Of a stretch of DNA of 64,000 nt, positions 10,158 through 21,154 are shown piece after piece (positions within the stretch are counted from its first letter, which is position 1; the number at the start of each line of letters is the position of its first letter). The stretch comes from an uncultured Solirubrobacterales bacterium (GTDB taxonomy: Bacteria; Actinomycetota; Thermoleophilia; Solirubrobacterales; Solirubrobacteraceae). The notes under the pieces were generated by a model, which saw only the letters and a list, made by a program, of their open reading frames with translations, made no database searches and was not told where the DNA came from. The translations under genes and the position numbers were made by a program. Where the stretch lies: positions 12,485 through 76,484 of the forward strand of contig CAWICI010000001.1 in NCBI GenBank assembly GCA_963834635.1. Direction: 5' to 3'.

Positions 10158-10646
10158 ATGCAGGCAAGAATCAAGAATCCGGCCCTGACCGTTCCGGGCG
10201 CGCTCGAGGCGCTCCAGAAGCTCGGAGCTTCGGCCACAGACGCCGGGATTCCCGAGACCACGCTTTACCTGGTCCACCTGCGGGCGAGCCAGATCAACGG
10301 TTGCAGCGTGTGCGTCGACATGCACTCGCGTGAACTCGAGTACGCCGGCGAGAGCAGCAAGCGCATCCACACCGTCGCCGCCTGGCGCGAGACGCCGTAT
10401 TTCACCGATGCCGAGCGCGCCGCCCTGGCGCTCACGGAAGCCGCCACGCGGCTGGCCGACCGTCCCGACGCCGTGTCGGACGAGATCTGGGATGACGCCG
10501 TCCGCCACTACAGCGAACCGCAGCTGGCGGCGCTGGTGGTGGCGATCGCGGCGATCAACGCCTTCAACCGCCTGAACGCGACCACCAGGCAGGTGAGCGG
10601 CGACTGGGTCGCCCGGGTCGTTCAGCCGGCCGCCCACGCCGCCTGA
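10158..10646 (+). CDS. carboxymuconolactone decarboxylase/AhpD family protein
   Basis: RASQINGCSVCVDMH, WRE..F..AERAAL; typical ECF41 neighbour. Confidence 0.92.
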   Translation: MQARIKNPALTVPGALEALQKLGASATDAGIPETTLYLVHLRASQINGCSVCVDMHSRELEYAGESSKRIHTVAAWRETPYFTDAERAALALTEAATRLADRPDAVSDEIWDDAVRHYSEPQLAALVVAIAAINAFNRLNATTRQVSGDWVARVVQPAAHAA

Positions 10647-10724
10647 ACTGAGACTCATCCCACGACCGTGACGAGCGAGACTCAGCCGTGCGAGATACTG
10701 ACATCTGAAAAAGGGAGCGACTCG

Positions 10725-10905
10725 TGCGGAGGTGCAGAAGGGGGTGAGGGGGGAGCGCGGGGGGTGCGAGGGGGTGGGAGGTGGAAGCGGGCGCGCGAGG
10801 GAAGGGTGTGAAGGGGTGGGCGCGCGTGTGATAAGGCGGTGGGGAGTGGCTGCGTGTTGGTGAGTGAGGCGGAGGCAGCGGGGAGGGGAGAGGTGGGGAG
10901 GGGAT
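10725..10905. other. purine/G-rich low-complexity tract
   Basis: Runs of GGGG/GGGAG, strongly C-depleted on the + strand. Confidence 0.7.
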
Positions 10906-11154
10906 CGCCGAGGAATACATCTGGTCGTAGGGACACGACCAGATCGCGAGCCGGCAAGCGCGACAGCGACACTGACCCGGTTACCGGAACTGCGGCTCGG
11001 CGCGCGGTGCCCGGTGACACGGCCTCTCGTGCCCGCAGATCCGATTCGTCACGAGCACACCGTTTTGCGTTGCTGGCTGCCGCCTCAGCGTCGAGCGTCA
11101 ATCTTGGCGACTCGACTGAGCGAGCCTCAGCGAGTCTTAGACGAAGGAGCGGCC

Positions 11155-12365
11155 ATGAGCGGTGGAATGGCGAGCGACTCGGTTCTCCAGGGACTAAACA
11201 CCATGCTCGGACGACCTGGAGGACGCTCTACAAGGACATCCACAGCCACCCCGAGCTCTCGCTGCAGGAGAAGCGCACCGCCGGCCTGGCGGCCGAGCGG
11301 CTCAACGCAGCGGACTTCGAGGTGACCGAGGGCGTCGGCGGAACCGGGGTGGTCGGGCTGCTGAAGAACGGGGACGGACCGACGGTGATGCTGCGCGCGG
11401 ACATGGACGCGCTGCCCGTCAAGGAGGTCGCGGGGCTGCCGTATGCCAGAACGGTGACGGCGACCGACGCCGACGGCAACGAGACTCCTGTGATGCAAGC
11501 CTGCGGCGAGACATGCACGTGCTTGGCTCGGGCGTCCGCATTGCTCGCAGCAAGGAGGCCTGGCAGGGGACGTGATGGCGGTGTATTCAGCCGAAGACGA
11601 ACTCGTGGCGGGCGCCCAGGCGATGATCGACGACGGCCGAGCCATATCCGCAAGCCTGGCGTGTCCTCGGCCAGCTGTGGCCGATGTCACGGGGCATTCA
11701 TCGCCGTCCGCGCTGGACCAGGCGGGAAAGTGTGTAGAAGGTTCTTCCGCAGCGCCGTGCATGGCTCGAAGCCGCTGGCCGCTCGCCGTTTGCGAGCTGC
11801 CTCACCGCCTGCGTAGACGATCTTCTCGGGAGTGTCGCACCTCAGAAAGCGCGGGACGTCGCGGTAGCTCTGAAGCGGCAGTGTGGAAGTGAGCACGTGA
11901 CCCCGACGACGCGGTGATCAAGCTCAACGTGCGCACCTTCGACGAGAACATCCGCACGCACGTCCTCGATGCAATCAAGCGAATCGTCAACGCCGAGTCA
12001 GAGGCCTCCGGCGCGCCCAAGCCAGCGAGATCAGCCGCTCGATCGCTGCGACCTCGTGCGCAAACGGTCAGGCAACGACAGGGTGCGTGAAGCTCTGAAC
12101 GCCGATTCGGCGATGACGGGTGGACACATACCGGCCCGGCGGCCGGCAACGAGGATTCGGCTCCTTCGGAGTGGAGTGGCATGTGCCGTCGGTGTTCTGG
12201 TTCATCGGCGGGGTCGACCCGGACACCTGCGCGAAAGCCGAGCGCGAGCGGCGGCTGAGCGAGCTGCCCACAGGCACAACCCGAAGTCGCGCCGGTCATC
12301 CACCCGACGCTCGAGACCGGCGTGGAGACGCTCGTCACGCGACGTGCGCCTGGCTAGCCTCGTAG
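11155..12365 (+). pseudogene. M20-family amidohydrolase, multiply frameshifted
   Basis: AAGGAG RBS; LYKDIHSHPELSLQE, GPTVMLRADMDALPV, MQACG, KLNVRTFDE, VPSVFWFIGG in different frames. Confidence 0.85.
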
Positions 12366-12379
12366 CCCGCGCGCATCCG

Positions 12380-13051
12380 ATGGCGCCCCCGCGCTACTGC
12401 CCGGATTCGATCCGACCCTGCTGCTCGTCCTCAACCTGGTGGGAAGGTTTGTGTTCGGCCTCAGCGGCGGCATGGCCGGCGTGCGCAAGCAACTAGATGT
12501 GTTCGGCGCGGTGGTGCTGGCCGTGGTGGTCGGGATTGCGGGGGGCACGATCCGCGACTTGCTGATCGGCATCCCGCGGCGACGTTCCGCGACTGGCGCT
12601 ACTTGGCCGTGGCCGGCGGCGCCGGGTTGCTGACGACCCTCGCGCACCCGCGATCAACCGCCTGCAGCGTCCGATCCAGTGCTCGACGCCGCGGGTCTGG
12701 CGCTGTTCTGCGTCACCGGCGCCGCGACCGCGCTGGCCCATCGCCTCGGTGTCATCGACGCCGTAATCCTCGGCGCGATCACGGCATCGGCGGCGGCATG
12801 TTGCGCGACATTCTCGTCGGCGAGATCCCGACCGTCCTACGCGGCGGGCTCTACGCGATCCCAGCCCTGGTCGGGGCCGCGATCGTTGTCGTCGCCTACC
12901 GTGCCGGGGACTAAACGATCGTGTTCCCGATCGTGGGCGCCGCGGTGTGCTTCCTGATGCGTATGGCCGGTCTGCGGTACGGCATCGGCTTCCCCGCGCG
13001 GCCGACGTGGCGGTCACGCCAGGCCCCACCTTCGCCGGGGTCACGCTGTAG
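12380..13051 (+). pseudogene. TRIC/UPF0126 membrane protein, frameshifted
   Basis: LDVFG...GGTIRDLL; LDAAGLALF; GGGMLRDILVGEIP...LYA across frames. Confidence 0.8.
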
Positions 13052-13339
13052 ACGACGGTGACCACAAGCAACGGTCAGGAGCCCCCTGACGGCCCCACCG
13101 GCGAGCAGTCGACCGCACTTTGCCGAATAGGTGACCTGGTCGTGTCCCGGAAGGCGTGCGTCACCCCAGCGCCGCACCTCGAGCAAGGGACGATTCAGCG
13201 TCGGCGCGGCGCGGGAGCTTCAGTTCGTAAACGGCGGCGAGATCGTCATTGGCGTGGCTGTCTCGACGTCGCCGACCGCCGAGGGGGGTCGAGCAGAGCA
13301 GCATCAAGGCGAGCTGACAGCGACGTTTCCTGACAGCTT

Positions 13340-14064
13340 GAGTCTTTGAGGGCGAGCCGCACGGGTAAGCCCGCCGGATACTCATGGCGCTGCATCTCAC
13401 CGAGCTTTTCGACGCCGTAGGAGGAGCCCAGCGGTCCGCCATCGAGCAGGGTCACAAACTGCTGCTGCTTAAGCCCCATCAATCCGCATAGGTGCATCGT
13501 CTCCGCGAGCGCGGCCACCATCGCGACCATCCAATGATTGGCCGCCAGCTTCAGGCGCGATCCCATACCAGCCTCCCCCACCCACTGGACCCTCGAGCCC
13601 AGTGCTTCGAACACCGGCTCGACCTGCCCGCGAGCACCGTCGGGTCCCGAGGTGAGGATGGTCAGTTGGCCCTCCTCCGTGGGGTGGGTGCTTCCCGAGA
13701 CCGGCGCATCGAAGAGGGTCACGCTATGGGCGTTAGCGACCTCAACGAGCTGGTCAGCTTCGGCGGCCCCGACGCTGCTCATCTGCAGCCAGATCGTCTC
13801 CTCGGGCCACTCGTCGAGCAACGGCTCGACAACTGAGAGGACGATCTCAGCCGTCGGCGACATGGTCATCACTGCTTGAGCGCTCTACTACCTCAGCGGC
13901 CGTACTCACCACATCCGCGCCGCGCTCTGCGAGCGGCTGCGCATGATCGCGCTGCCGATCCCAGGCGACAACGGGACCCCCTGGTTCAGCAGGCGATGCG
14001 CCATCGCAGTTCCCATCAGACCGGTCCCGAGCAACCCCACCCGACTATCTGTTGCACCGCCCAC
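13340..14064 (-). pseudogene. 3-hydroxyisobutyrate dehydrogenase-family oxidoreductase, frameshifted and 3'-truncated
   Basis: GLLGTGLMGTAMA, DAPVSGS, GSRLKLAAN, LALKD; homology stops after LALKD. Confidence 0.82.
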
Positions 14065-14475
14065 TTCGACCTCCTCGTTCTCCGACGCCGCTCAGTGATC
14101 TCTCGAACGCAGATGCGGCACTCGCGCCGCCGTGGCCTCCGAGCAGCGTAACGCCGGACGCATCCGGGACCGGGAGACCAGGCCGTGGACGCCGTAGCCT
14201 CGTCAATCCCGCTTTGGCGATACGACAGGACATTTGAGACTCCAGGGGCTGAGTGCTGAGTTGCGCGGGGAGCGCAAGCGTCGCCGACAGCGCCGCTCCG
14301 GCGACGTAGCGGAAGCGACGTGCTGACGCGTCGGTGCCTGCCTGTGGTCGCTTGAGCGGGTTGCAGCGCCGGCGGTCGCTTCTTCTGCCTCGATGAAACG
14401 AACGCTGACAAGACGAAAGCGCCCTACCGGTGCCCACACACGGTTGAGACGGACCCACCTCAACCGCGTGGAGGA

Positions 14476-15010
14476 TCAGTTGAGACCGAGCCCGTTACGC
14501 AATCGCTGATGAATGTCGGGGTCGGTTCGCAAGCGCGCCTGCGCTGCATCGATGAAGTTTGATGCCGAGCTGCCCAAGGGTGGGCGCTGCCTCGACAGAA
14601 ACGCTCCGGAGGACGCGGACCCACGTGACCCACGGCCACCGCTCGCCGTCGTAGTGCACGGACTTGATCCAGCTACTTGGCGTTCCCTTGACCGAAGACT
14701 TTGACGACCTAATCCTAGTCTCGGCCGCGGCAGTCCGACGACCTCTGGCAATGTCTTCAGCCCGCCTCTTGAGGATGTCATCTGCCGGATGCAAGACGAG
14801 CGCCTCCTGCACCACCTCCTCCGCGCGATCCATTTGCCCAAGCTTCACGAGCGCCAGAGCGAGCCGCCGCGTCGCTACGAGGTCGCCAGCTCGCAGCCGA
14901 AGGATCCCCTCATTGACGGCGACTTGTTCCCCCCTGCATCGGGAGCCAGTTCGTTCACGCGAGCTTGTAGTTCGGCGAATTCGTCGCCCACCCCGAGACT
15001 GTCGCACAAC
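14476..15010 (-). pseudogene. fragmentary hypothetical gene with a TPR-like segment
   Basis: ATRRLALALVKLGQMDRAEEVVQEALVLHP resembles a TPR repeat; split across frames. Confidence 0.4.
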
Positions 15011-15245
15011 AAGCGCCCCATTGACTGGAAAGGGAAGGATTGACCAGCCAACGGCTCCTCCATCCACGCGGAGGTAGAAGCCTCCGGCGAGAGGGGGCGC
15101 CATCACCAGGCTTCCGCTCCCGGCCGATTCCAGCCACCAACGCGCACCTGCTTTCGCTCCTTGGCGAGCACGCCCCTTCGCCTGATCTGTGTCTCTTTGG
15201 CGCGGAACGCGGGACACGGGTCACCGAGATCTCACGGGGAAGCAG

Positions 15246-15334
15246 CGGAGAGGGAGGGATTCGAACCCTCGATGGACGGAACCGCCCATACCGGTTTTCG
15301 AGACCGGCGCATTCAACCGCTCTGCCACCTCTCC
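15246..15334 (-). tRNA. tRNA-Ser(CGA)
   Basis: Reverse complement GGAGAGGTGGCAGAGCGGTTGAATGCG-CCGGT CTCGAAA ACCGG, long variable arm, GAGGGTTCGAATCCCTC-CCTCTCCG. Confidence 0.97.
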
Positions 15335-15394
15335 GGTGTAGGCGGCGAGAACGTTAGAGGACCATGCGGCACGCCGAGGCGTGGCGTGAGCGTC

Positions 15395-15859
15395 CTATCG
15401 GCGGGTAGCGAAGAACTCCCGGAGCAGGTCGGCGCTGTCCTGCGCCAGCAGTCCGGACTCGACTTGGGGGCGATGGTTGAGCTGGGGAACGTCGAGGACG
15501 TTGAGGACGCTGCCCGCTGCGCCGGCCTTGGGATCGTCGGCCCCGTACACGACCCTCGGCACCCGGGCGAGCACGATCGCCCCGGCGCACATCGCGCACG
15601 GCTCCAGAGTGATGTACATGACCGCGTCAAGTACGCGCCAGCTGCCCAGCACGCGGGCGGCTTCACGGAGCGCGATCAGCTCGGCGTGGGCGGTGGGATC
15701 GGCGCGGACCTCGCGCTCGTTGTGACCGACGCCGATCACCTCGCCCTCTTTGACCACCGCGGCGCCGATCGGCACATCATCGTGATCGAGGGCGCGGGTC
15801 GCCTCGCGCAGGGCGAGGCGCATGAAGTACTCGTCGCGGGGAAAGAAATGCGAGCTCAT
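15395..15859 (-). CDS. tadA: tRNA adenosine(34) deaminase
   Basis: DPTAHAE, TLEPCAMC, DPKAGAAGS-type motif, LNH; precedes tRNA-Ser. Confidence 0.95.
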   Translation of the reverse strand: MSSHFFPRDEYFMRLALREATRALDHDDVPIGAAVVKEGEVIGVGHNEREVRADPTAHAELIALREAARVLGSWRVLDAVMYITLEPCAMCAGAIVLARVPRVVYGADDPKAGAAGSVLNVLDVPQLNHRPQVESGLLAQDSADLLREFFATRR

Positions 15860-15944
15860 CGGGCCGCGGGGCAACTTTCGCCCGTCCCATCATGTCTTAA
15901 TGACGCTCCGTGTCCTCTCCGTCCAGCTCATGATCCTCAAGCAC

Positions 15945-17297
15945 ATGCTCCGTCACATCGTCGTGCTCGCGGCCCTGGTCGTGGCCGTGGCGCTGCCCGG
16001 CGTGGCCCGGGCGGCCAGCTACGCGCCGCGCCAGGTGGTGGTCGGCTATGAGCCTGGACCGTTTCCCTCCCTAACGGCCGACGTCAGCAACCGCACGGGC
16101 ACAGCATCCGTGGCCGCGAGCGCGGGCGCGCCGCAGACGGCGGTTTTGACCCTGCCCCAGGGCGTGAGCGTGAACGCGGCGGTGGCCAAGCTACGGCGGC
16201 AGGCCGGCGTCGTCTATGCCGTGCCGGACTACCTCGCCCACGCCGCCGGCGACTGGATTCCCGATGATCCCGGGCGCGCGCATATTCCCGGCGGGTGGCA
16301 GCAGATGCAGTGGAACTTCCTCGCCGGCGAGGGCCTTGACGCCCCCCAGGCCTGGGCCAATCTGATCGCCGACCACCACCCCGGCGGGCGGGGGGTGATC
16401 GTCGCCGTACTGGACACGGGTGTGGCGTACCGAAACTGGCGCCACTTCCGCAGATCCCCCGACTTCAAGCGAACGCGATTCGTCTCTCCCTACGACTTCG
16501 TCGCCCACAATCGCTATCCGCTCGATCGTGACGGCCACGGCACATTCGTGGCCGGGATGATCGGCGAGAGCACCAACAACAACTTCGCTCTGACCGGGCT
16601 GGCCTACGGTGCGTCGATCATGCCCATCCGGGTGCTCAACCGCGGCGGAACGGGCAGTGCCTCGACGATCGCCCGCGGCATCCGTTACGCCGTCAAGCAC
16701 CACGCGCAGGTGATCAATCTGAGCCTCGAGTTCACCCCGGACGTGACCGCGGCGGAGATCCCCGACCTGATGAGTGCGCTGCGCTATGCGTCCCGGCATC
16801 ACGTGGTCGTGGTGGGGGCGGCCGGCAACGATTACGCCAACCAGATCAGCTATCCGGCCCGCGCCTCGAGCGTCATTTCGGTCGGAGCCACCACCCGTGA
16901 CCGGTGCGTGGCGGATTATTCGAACATCAGCCGGCGGCTCGATCTGGTCGCTCCCGGTGGTGGGGATGACATGTCGCTCAGCTCGGATCCGGACTGCAAT
17001 CCGGATCGCGCCCTGCCCGCGATCTCCCAGATGACGTTCTTCAGCTCCAGCCATCCCGATCGCTTCGGCTATCCGGGAGGGATCTTCGGCACGTCGATGT
17101 CGACGGCGGAGGTTTCCGCGACCGCCGCCCTGGTCATCGCCAGCCGGGTCCTCGGCCGCCATCCCCACCCTGGCCAGATCCTCTCCCGCCTCGAGCAGAC
17201 GACGCAGCCGCTGGGAACAGGCCGCCCCAACCAGGAATACGGGTGGGGGCTGCTCGACGCGGGCGCTGCCACCGCCCCGGGCGGGCCGGCGTCCTAG
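15945..17297 (+). CDS. secreted S8 subtilisin-like serine protease
   Basis: Signal peptide; triad motifs AVLDTG, HGTFVAG, GTSMS; AAGND. Confidence 0.93.
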   Translation: MLRHIVVLAALVVAVALPGVARAASYAPRQVVVGYEPGPFPSLTADVSNRTGTASVAASAGAPQTAVLTLPQGVSVNAAVAKLRRQAGVVYAVPDYLAHAAGDWIPDDPGRAHIPGGWQQMQWNFLAGEGLDAPQAWANLIADHHPGGRGVIVAVLDTGVAYRNWRHFRRSPDFKRTRFVSPYDFVAHNRYPLDRDGHGTFVAGMIGESTNNNFALTGLAYGASIMPIRVLNRGGTGSASTIARGIRYAVKHHAQVINLSLEFTPDVTAAEIPDLMSALRYASRHHVVVVGAAGNDYANQISYPARASSVISVGATTRDRCVADYSNISRRLDLVAPGGGDDMSLSSDPDCNPDRALPAISQMTFFSSSHPDRFGYPGGIFGTSMSTAEVSATAALVIASRVLGRHPHPGQILSRLEQTTQPLGTGRPNQEYGWGLLDAGAATAPGGPAS

Positions 17298-17737
17298 GTC
17301 GTCCGGACGATCATCACCGAGCAGGGGGCGTGGTGGGAGACCTTATTCGGCACGGAGCCGAGCAGAAACCGGCTCGCGCCGGTCATGCCCCGGTTGCCGA
17401 CCACGATGAGGTCGCTGCGCTGCTCCTCGGCCACGTCGAGGATGGCGTCGGCGGCGTCTCCCTGCCGCGCGAAGACCTCGACCCGGCCGAGTCCGGCGGC
17501 ACGGGCGTCCTCCTCGGCCGCGCTGAGCATGGCCATCGTGTCCTCGTGCGCCTGCATGACCCATTGCGGATCGGGGAGGACGACGCGTTCGTTGCGCAGC
17601 CGCCGATCCGCCACCGGCTCGTACGCGCTGACGATCTGAAGCCGCGCCTCGAGCTGCCGAGCCAGATCGATCGCGTAGCGCAGCGCTGTGGTGGCCGTGT
17701 CGGAGCCATCGGTGCCGACCAGGATCGAGGCGAACAC
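17294..17737 (-). CDS. universal stress protein
   Basis: ILVGTDGS, DLIVVGNRG...LGSVPNKVSHHAPCSV. Confidence 0.93.
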   Translation of the reverse strand: MFASILVGTDGSDTATTALRYAIDLARQLEARLQIVSAYEPVADRRLRNERVVLPDPQWVMQAHEDTMAMLSAAEEDARAAGLGRVEVFARQGDAADAILDVAEEQRSDLIVVGNRGMTGASRFLLGSVPNKVSHHAPCSVMIVRTT

Positions 17738-17760
17738 TGAGACGGACTCTAGCTTCCGGC

Positions 17761-17847
17761 TCAGGCCAGCTTCGTGACCGCGATCACCATCCCGGCGAGC
17801 ACGAAGACGAGGATCGCGACCTGCACCCAGATCCAGAAGCGTGGCAT
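17761..17847 (-). CDS. 28-aa single-TM small protein (not in ORF track)
   Basis: MPRFWIWVQVAILVFVLAGMVIAVTKLA*; nearly all codons end in G/C; co-oriented between two USP genes. Confidence 0.65.
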   Translation of the reverse strand: MPRFWIWVQVAILVFVLAGMVIAVTKLA

Positions 17848-17895
17848 CGTGCCAACGCTAGCGTCCGTCCTGATCGGGCGAGCGCCCGGAGTCGC

Positions 17896-18585
17896 CTAGT
17901 AGGCCAGGACTGAGGCCGGGAAGCGGACCGGGATTGCCCGGGCCAGCACCAGCACGGGTGCCGAGGAGGCCTCGATCGCGTTCTGGGCCCTAGCACTGAT
18001 GGTGACGTACCCCGGCCGCGCCTCCGAGCGCGAGCCCACAACCAGGAGGTCGACTCCGCGCTCCTCGCGCACGACGGTCGAGCCCAAGCGCTCGGCCAGC
18101 GCGCTCGCCGTCTCCTCGGCGGCCTCGTCGCCCGGTTCGGCGAGCAGGCCGATCCGATCGATCACCGAGTTGCGCTGGGCGCCGTAGTTGGCGGGAGCGA
18201 TCGCCACCGCCGCCGGGCCGCCCTCGAGCAGCGTCTGCGCGGACTGCTGGGGGGCGACGTGGCCGGGGGAGGTCCGGTAGTCAGAGCCGAACACGACTAT
18301 GTCGGCGGGCTCCTGTTCGGCCAGCCATTTCAGGCCCTGGGCGGTCGATGCGCTCATGATCACCCGCCGGCCGACCTCCAGATCGCCGAGCCAGCGAGCT
18401 CCCCGGGTGAGCAAGGACTGCGCCTCGTGGTCCTCGAGCTCCTCGCGATCGGGCCTGGTCTCGACGGGGTGGCGGACGTAGGCGAGGGTCAGCGCCGCCC
18501 CCGCCTCGGCCAGCACCCGCGCCAAGGCGAGCGCGTCGCGATCGTTGAGCGTGTCGTCGTAGGAAACGATTGCGGTGGGTGTCAT
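17896..18585 (-). CDS. tandem USP-like protein
   Basis: IVSYDD..DALALA; DIVVFGS; DLLVVGS...APVLV. Confidence 0.8.
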   Translation of the reverse strand: MTPTAIVSYDDTLNDRDALALARVLAEAGAALTLAYVRHPVETRPDREELEDHEAQSLLTRGARWLGDLEVGRRVIMSASTAQGLKWLAEQEPADIVVFGSDYRTSPGHVAPQQSAQTLLEGGPAAVAIAPANYGAQRNSVIDRIGLLAEPGDEAAEETASALAERLGSTVVREERGVDLLVVGSRSEARPGYVTISARAQNAIEASSAPVLVLARAIPVRFPASVLAY

Positions 18586-18692
18586 CGGAAACCTCGGTTC
18601 GGGGGCTGTGCGCTCTCCGTTTCGACCTGAGGATTCCATTCCCCTGCCATCAGCACTAATGAACTTTGTCATCAGCACGATAAGCTTTGCTT

Positions 18693-19610
18693 ATGCTCAG
18701 CCTGAGCCGCCTCCAGGTCCTGTGCGAGGTCCTCGAGCGCGGCTCGTTCTCCGCCGCCGCCGAGTCGCTCGCCTACACCCAGTCGGCGGTCTCCCAGGCG
18801 ATTGCCCGGCTCGAGGAGGAGACGGGCGCACAGCTCGTGGTGCGCGACCGGCGCGGGGTGCGGCCGACCGCCGCCGGCGCGACTCTGGCCGACCACGCCG
18901 AGGCGATCTTGGCCCAGGTGCAGGCGGCGCAGGCCGACCTCGACGCCGTGCTGGGCATCCGGGCAGGGCTGTTGCGCGTGGCCTCGTTCCCCTCGGCAGG
19001 CGCGACGCTGATGCCGCTGGCCGTGGCCACCTTCCGGGACCGCCACCCCGGCGTCACCCTGACGCTGGCTGAGGGCGAGCCGGAGGAGATCGCGCCGCGG
19101 TTGCGGGCGGGCGAGTTCGACCTGGCGTTGCTGTTCGAGTTCCCGGGCGCGCGGGAACGTCCTGGCGCCGGGCTCCGCAACGTTGGTCTGCTGGAGGATC
19201 CGATGCACGTGGCCCTTCCAGCCGAGCACGAGTTGGCCGCCAAGCGGGAGCTGGCGCTGCTCGACCTGCGCGATCAGGATTGGGTGCAGACGTCGGCCTC
19301 TAGCCCCTGTGCGCGCCACGTCGTGCGCTCGTGTCTGGCGGCCGGGTTCGAGCCCCGCGTCACCTTCGAGAGCGACGACTACGAGACTGTTCAGGGGCTG
19401 GTGGCGGCGGGGGTGGGCGTCGCGCTGATTCCCCGGCTGGCGCTGACGCGGGTCCACCCGGGGATCGTCGTGCGCGAGCTTTCGCCGCGCAGCCCGACTC
19501 GCAAGGTCGTGGCGGCCACCATCTCCGGCGCAGCTGCGGCGCCCGCCGCGAAGACGATGATCCGGATCCTCTCCGACGTTGCCGCCCGCTACCGCGGCGA
19601 GGAGGAGTAA
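18693..19610 (+). CDS. LysR-family transcriptional regulator
   Basis: GSFSAAAESLAYTQSAVSQAIARLE; substrate-binding domain. Confidence 0.95.
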   Translation: MLSLSRLQVLCEVLERGSFSAAAESLAYTQSAVSQAIARLEEETGAQLVVRDRRGVRPTAAGATLADHAEAILAQVQAAQADLDAVLGIRAGLLRVASFPSAGATLMPLAVATFRDRHPGVTLTLAEGEPEEIAPRLRAGEFDLALLFEFPGARERPGAGLRNVGLLEDPMHVALPAEHELAAKRELALLDLRDQDWVQTSASSPCARHVVRSCLAAGFEPRVTFESDDYETVQGLVAAGVGVALIPRLALTRVHPGIVVRELSPRSPTRKVVAATISGAAAAPAAKTMIRILSDVAARYRGEEE

Positions 19611-19640
19611 CTGCTTCGAGGTCCTCGCAGCGGCGACACT

Positions 19641-20438
19641 GTGACCGTGGCAACGGAACGGCGGCTGATCTTCGGCGAGGTGGCCGAGCTGTATGAGCGC
19701 GTGCGGCCGGCCTATCCCGAGGCGCTCGTTCAGGACGTGATCGCGCTGAGCGGAGCGGACCGGGCGCTCGAGGTGGGGGCCGGCACCGGCAAGGCGACCC
19801 GCCTGTTCGCGGACCGGGGAGTCGCGGTTCATGCCCTCGAGCCGAGCGCGGAGATGGCCGCCGTGGCGCGGCGGGTGTGCGCCCCCTACGAGCACGTCGA
19901 GATCGAGGAGTGTGAGTTCGAGCGCTTCGGAGCACCCCGCGAGCGCTTTGCGCTCGTGTTCTCAGGCCAGGCCTGGCACTGGATCCGGCCCGAGGTCGGG
20001 TACATGAAGGCGCGTGAGGCGCTGGTGGACGGCGGCTTGCTGGCGGCCTTCTGGAACCGGCCGCGCTGGAATGAAGTGGCGCTCCACCCCGAGTTGGTCG
20101 AGGCCTACCGCCGTGCCGCTCCTGGGTTCGATCCTGCTGCGGGGCCCGATCCGATGCATCCGGCGACCGAGATGACGCCCACGCTGGGGGGCGACTGGCT
20201 CGGGGAAAGCGAGGCCGCAGCGGGGTTCGAGCGGCCAGAGACGCGGTCATACGACTGGCAGTGGACGCACTCGACCACCGACTATCTCGAGCTCCTGCAA
20301 ACCCATTCCGGTCACATGATCAGGCCGCCGGCCGAGCGCAAGGCGATTTTGGCGGAGGTCGGTGCGGCGATTGATCGAAACGGCGGGACGTTCGAGATGG
20401 CCTATGTGACCGTGCTCTGCCTGGCCTTTGCGGCGTGA
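19641..20438 (+). CDS. class I SAM-dependent methyltransferase
   Basis: YERVRPAYP, LEVGAGTG, QAWHW. Confidence 0.9.
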   Translation: MTVATERRLIFGEVAELYERVRPAYPEALVQDVIALSGADRALEVGAGTGKATRLFADRGVAVHALEPSAEMAAVARRVCAPYEHVEIEECEFERFGAPRERFALVFSGQAWHWIRPEVGYMKAREALVDGGLLAAFWNRPRWNEVALHPELVEAYRRAAPGFDPAAGPDPMHPATEMTPTLGGDWLGESEAAAGFERPETRSYDWQWTHSTTDYLELLQTHSGHMIRPPAERKAILAEVGAAIDRNGGTFEMAYVTVLCLAFAA

Positions 20439-20454
20439 GCGAAGGGGAGCTGGA

Positions 20455-21087
20455 ATGAGCACCGAGCTTGTCGAGGGCCTGATCCGGGGCGAGGACGGCG
20501 TGACGCGATGCTGGTGGGCTGATTCCGCGCCCGAGTACCGGGCCTACCACGACACCGAGTGGGGGTTCCCAGTCGCCGATGACCGGCGGCTATTCGAGAA
20601 GCTCAGCCTGGAAGGGTTTCAGGCCGGCCTCTCGTGGCTGACCATCCTGCGCAAGCGCGAGGCGTTCCGCCGCGCGTTCGCCGACTTCGACTTTGAGCGA
20701 GTCGCCAGGTTCGGTCAGCGCGAGGTCGCGAACTTGCTCTCCGACGCCGCGATCGTCCGGCATCGAGGCAAGATCGAGGCGGTGATCAACAATGCCCGCC
20801 GCGCGGTCGAAATGGTGGACGAGCAGGGCTCACTGGCCGCCTATGTGTGGCGTTTCGAGCCGGCTCAGCGAGCTCCGCTCACGACCCGCGCGGATCTGGG
20901 CGAGCTCGCCCTCACCTCCGACTCGCGAGCGCTGGCACGAGACCTGAAGGTTCGCGGGTGGCGCTTCGTCGGCCCGACGACGGTGTATGCCTTCATGCAG
21001 GCGATGGGACTCGTGAACGATCACCTCGAAGGATGCGAAGCGCACCCGATGGTGGAGCGCCAGCGGACTGAGTTCACCCGACCTTGA
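20455..21087 (+). CDS. tag: DNA-3-methyladenine glycosylase I
   Basis: YHDTEWG, LEGFQAGLSWLTIL, FVGPTTVYAFMQAMGLVNDH. Confidence 0.95.
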   Translation: MSTELVEGLIRGEDGVTRCWWADSAPEYRAYHDTEWGFPVADDRRLFEKLSLEGFQAGLSWLTILRKREAFRRAFADFDFERVARFGQREVANLLSDAAIVRHRGKIEAVINNARRAVEMVDEQGSLAAYVWRFEPAQRAPLTTRADLGELALTSDSRALARDLKVRGWRFVGPTTVYAFMQAMGLVNDHLEGCEAHPMVERQRTEFTRP

Positions 21088-21154
21088 GCCGCCTCGCGCT
21101 TGCGCCCGCATGCCGCGCGCGCCTAGAGTAGCTTTCGACGGGGCCGGGGAAACG

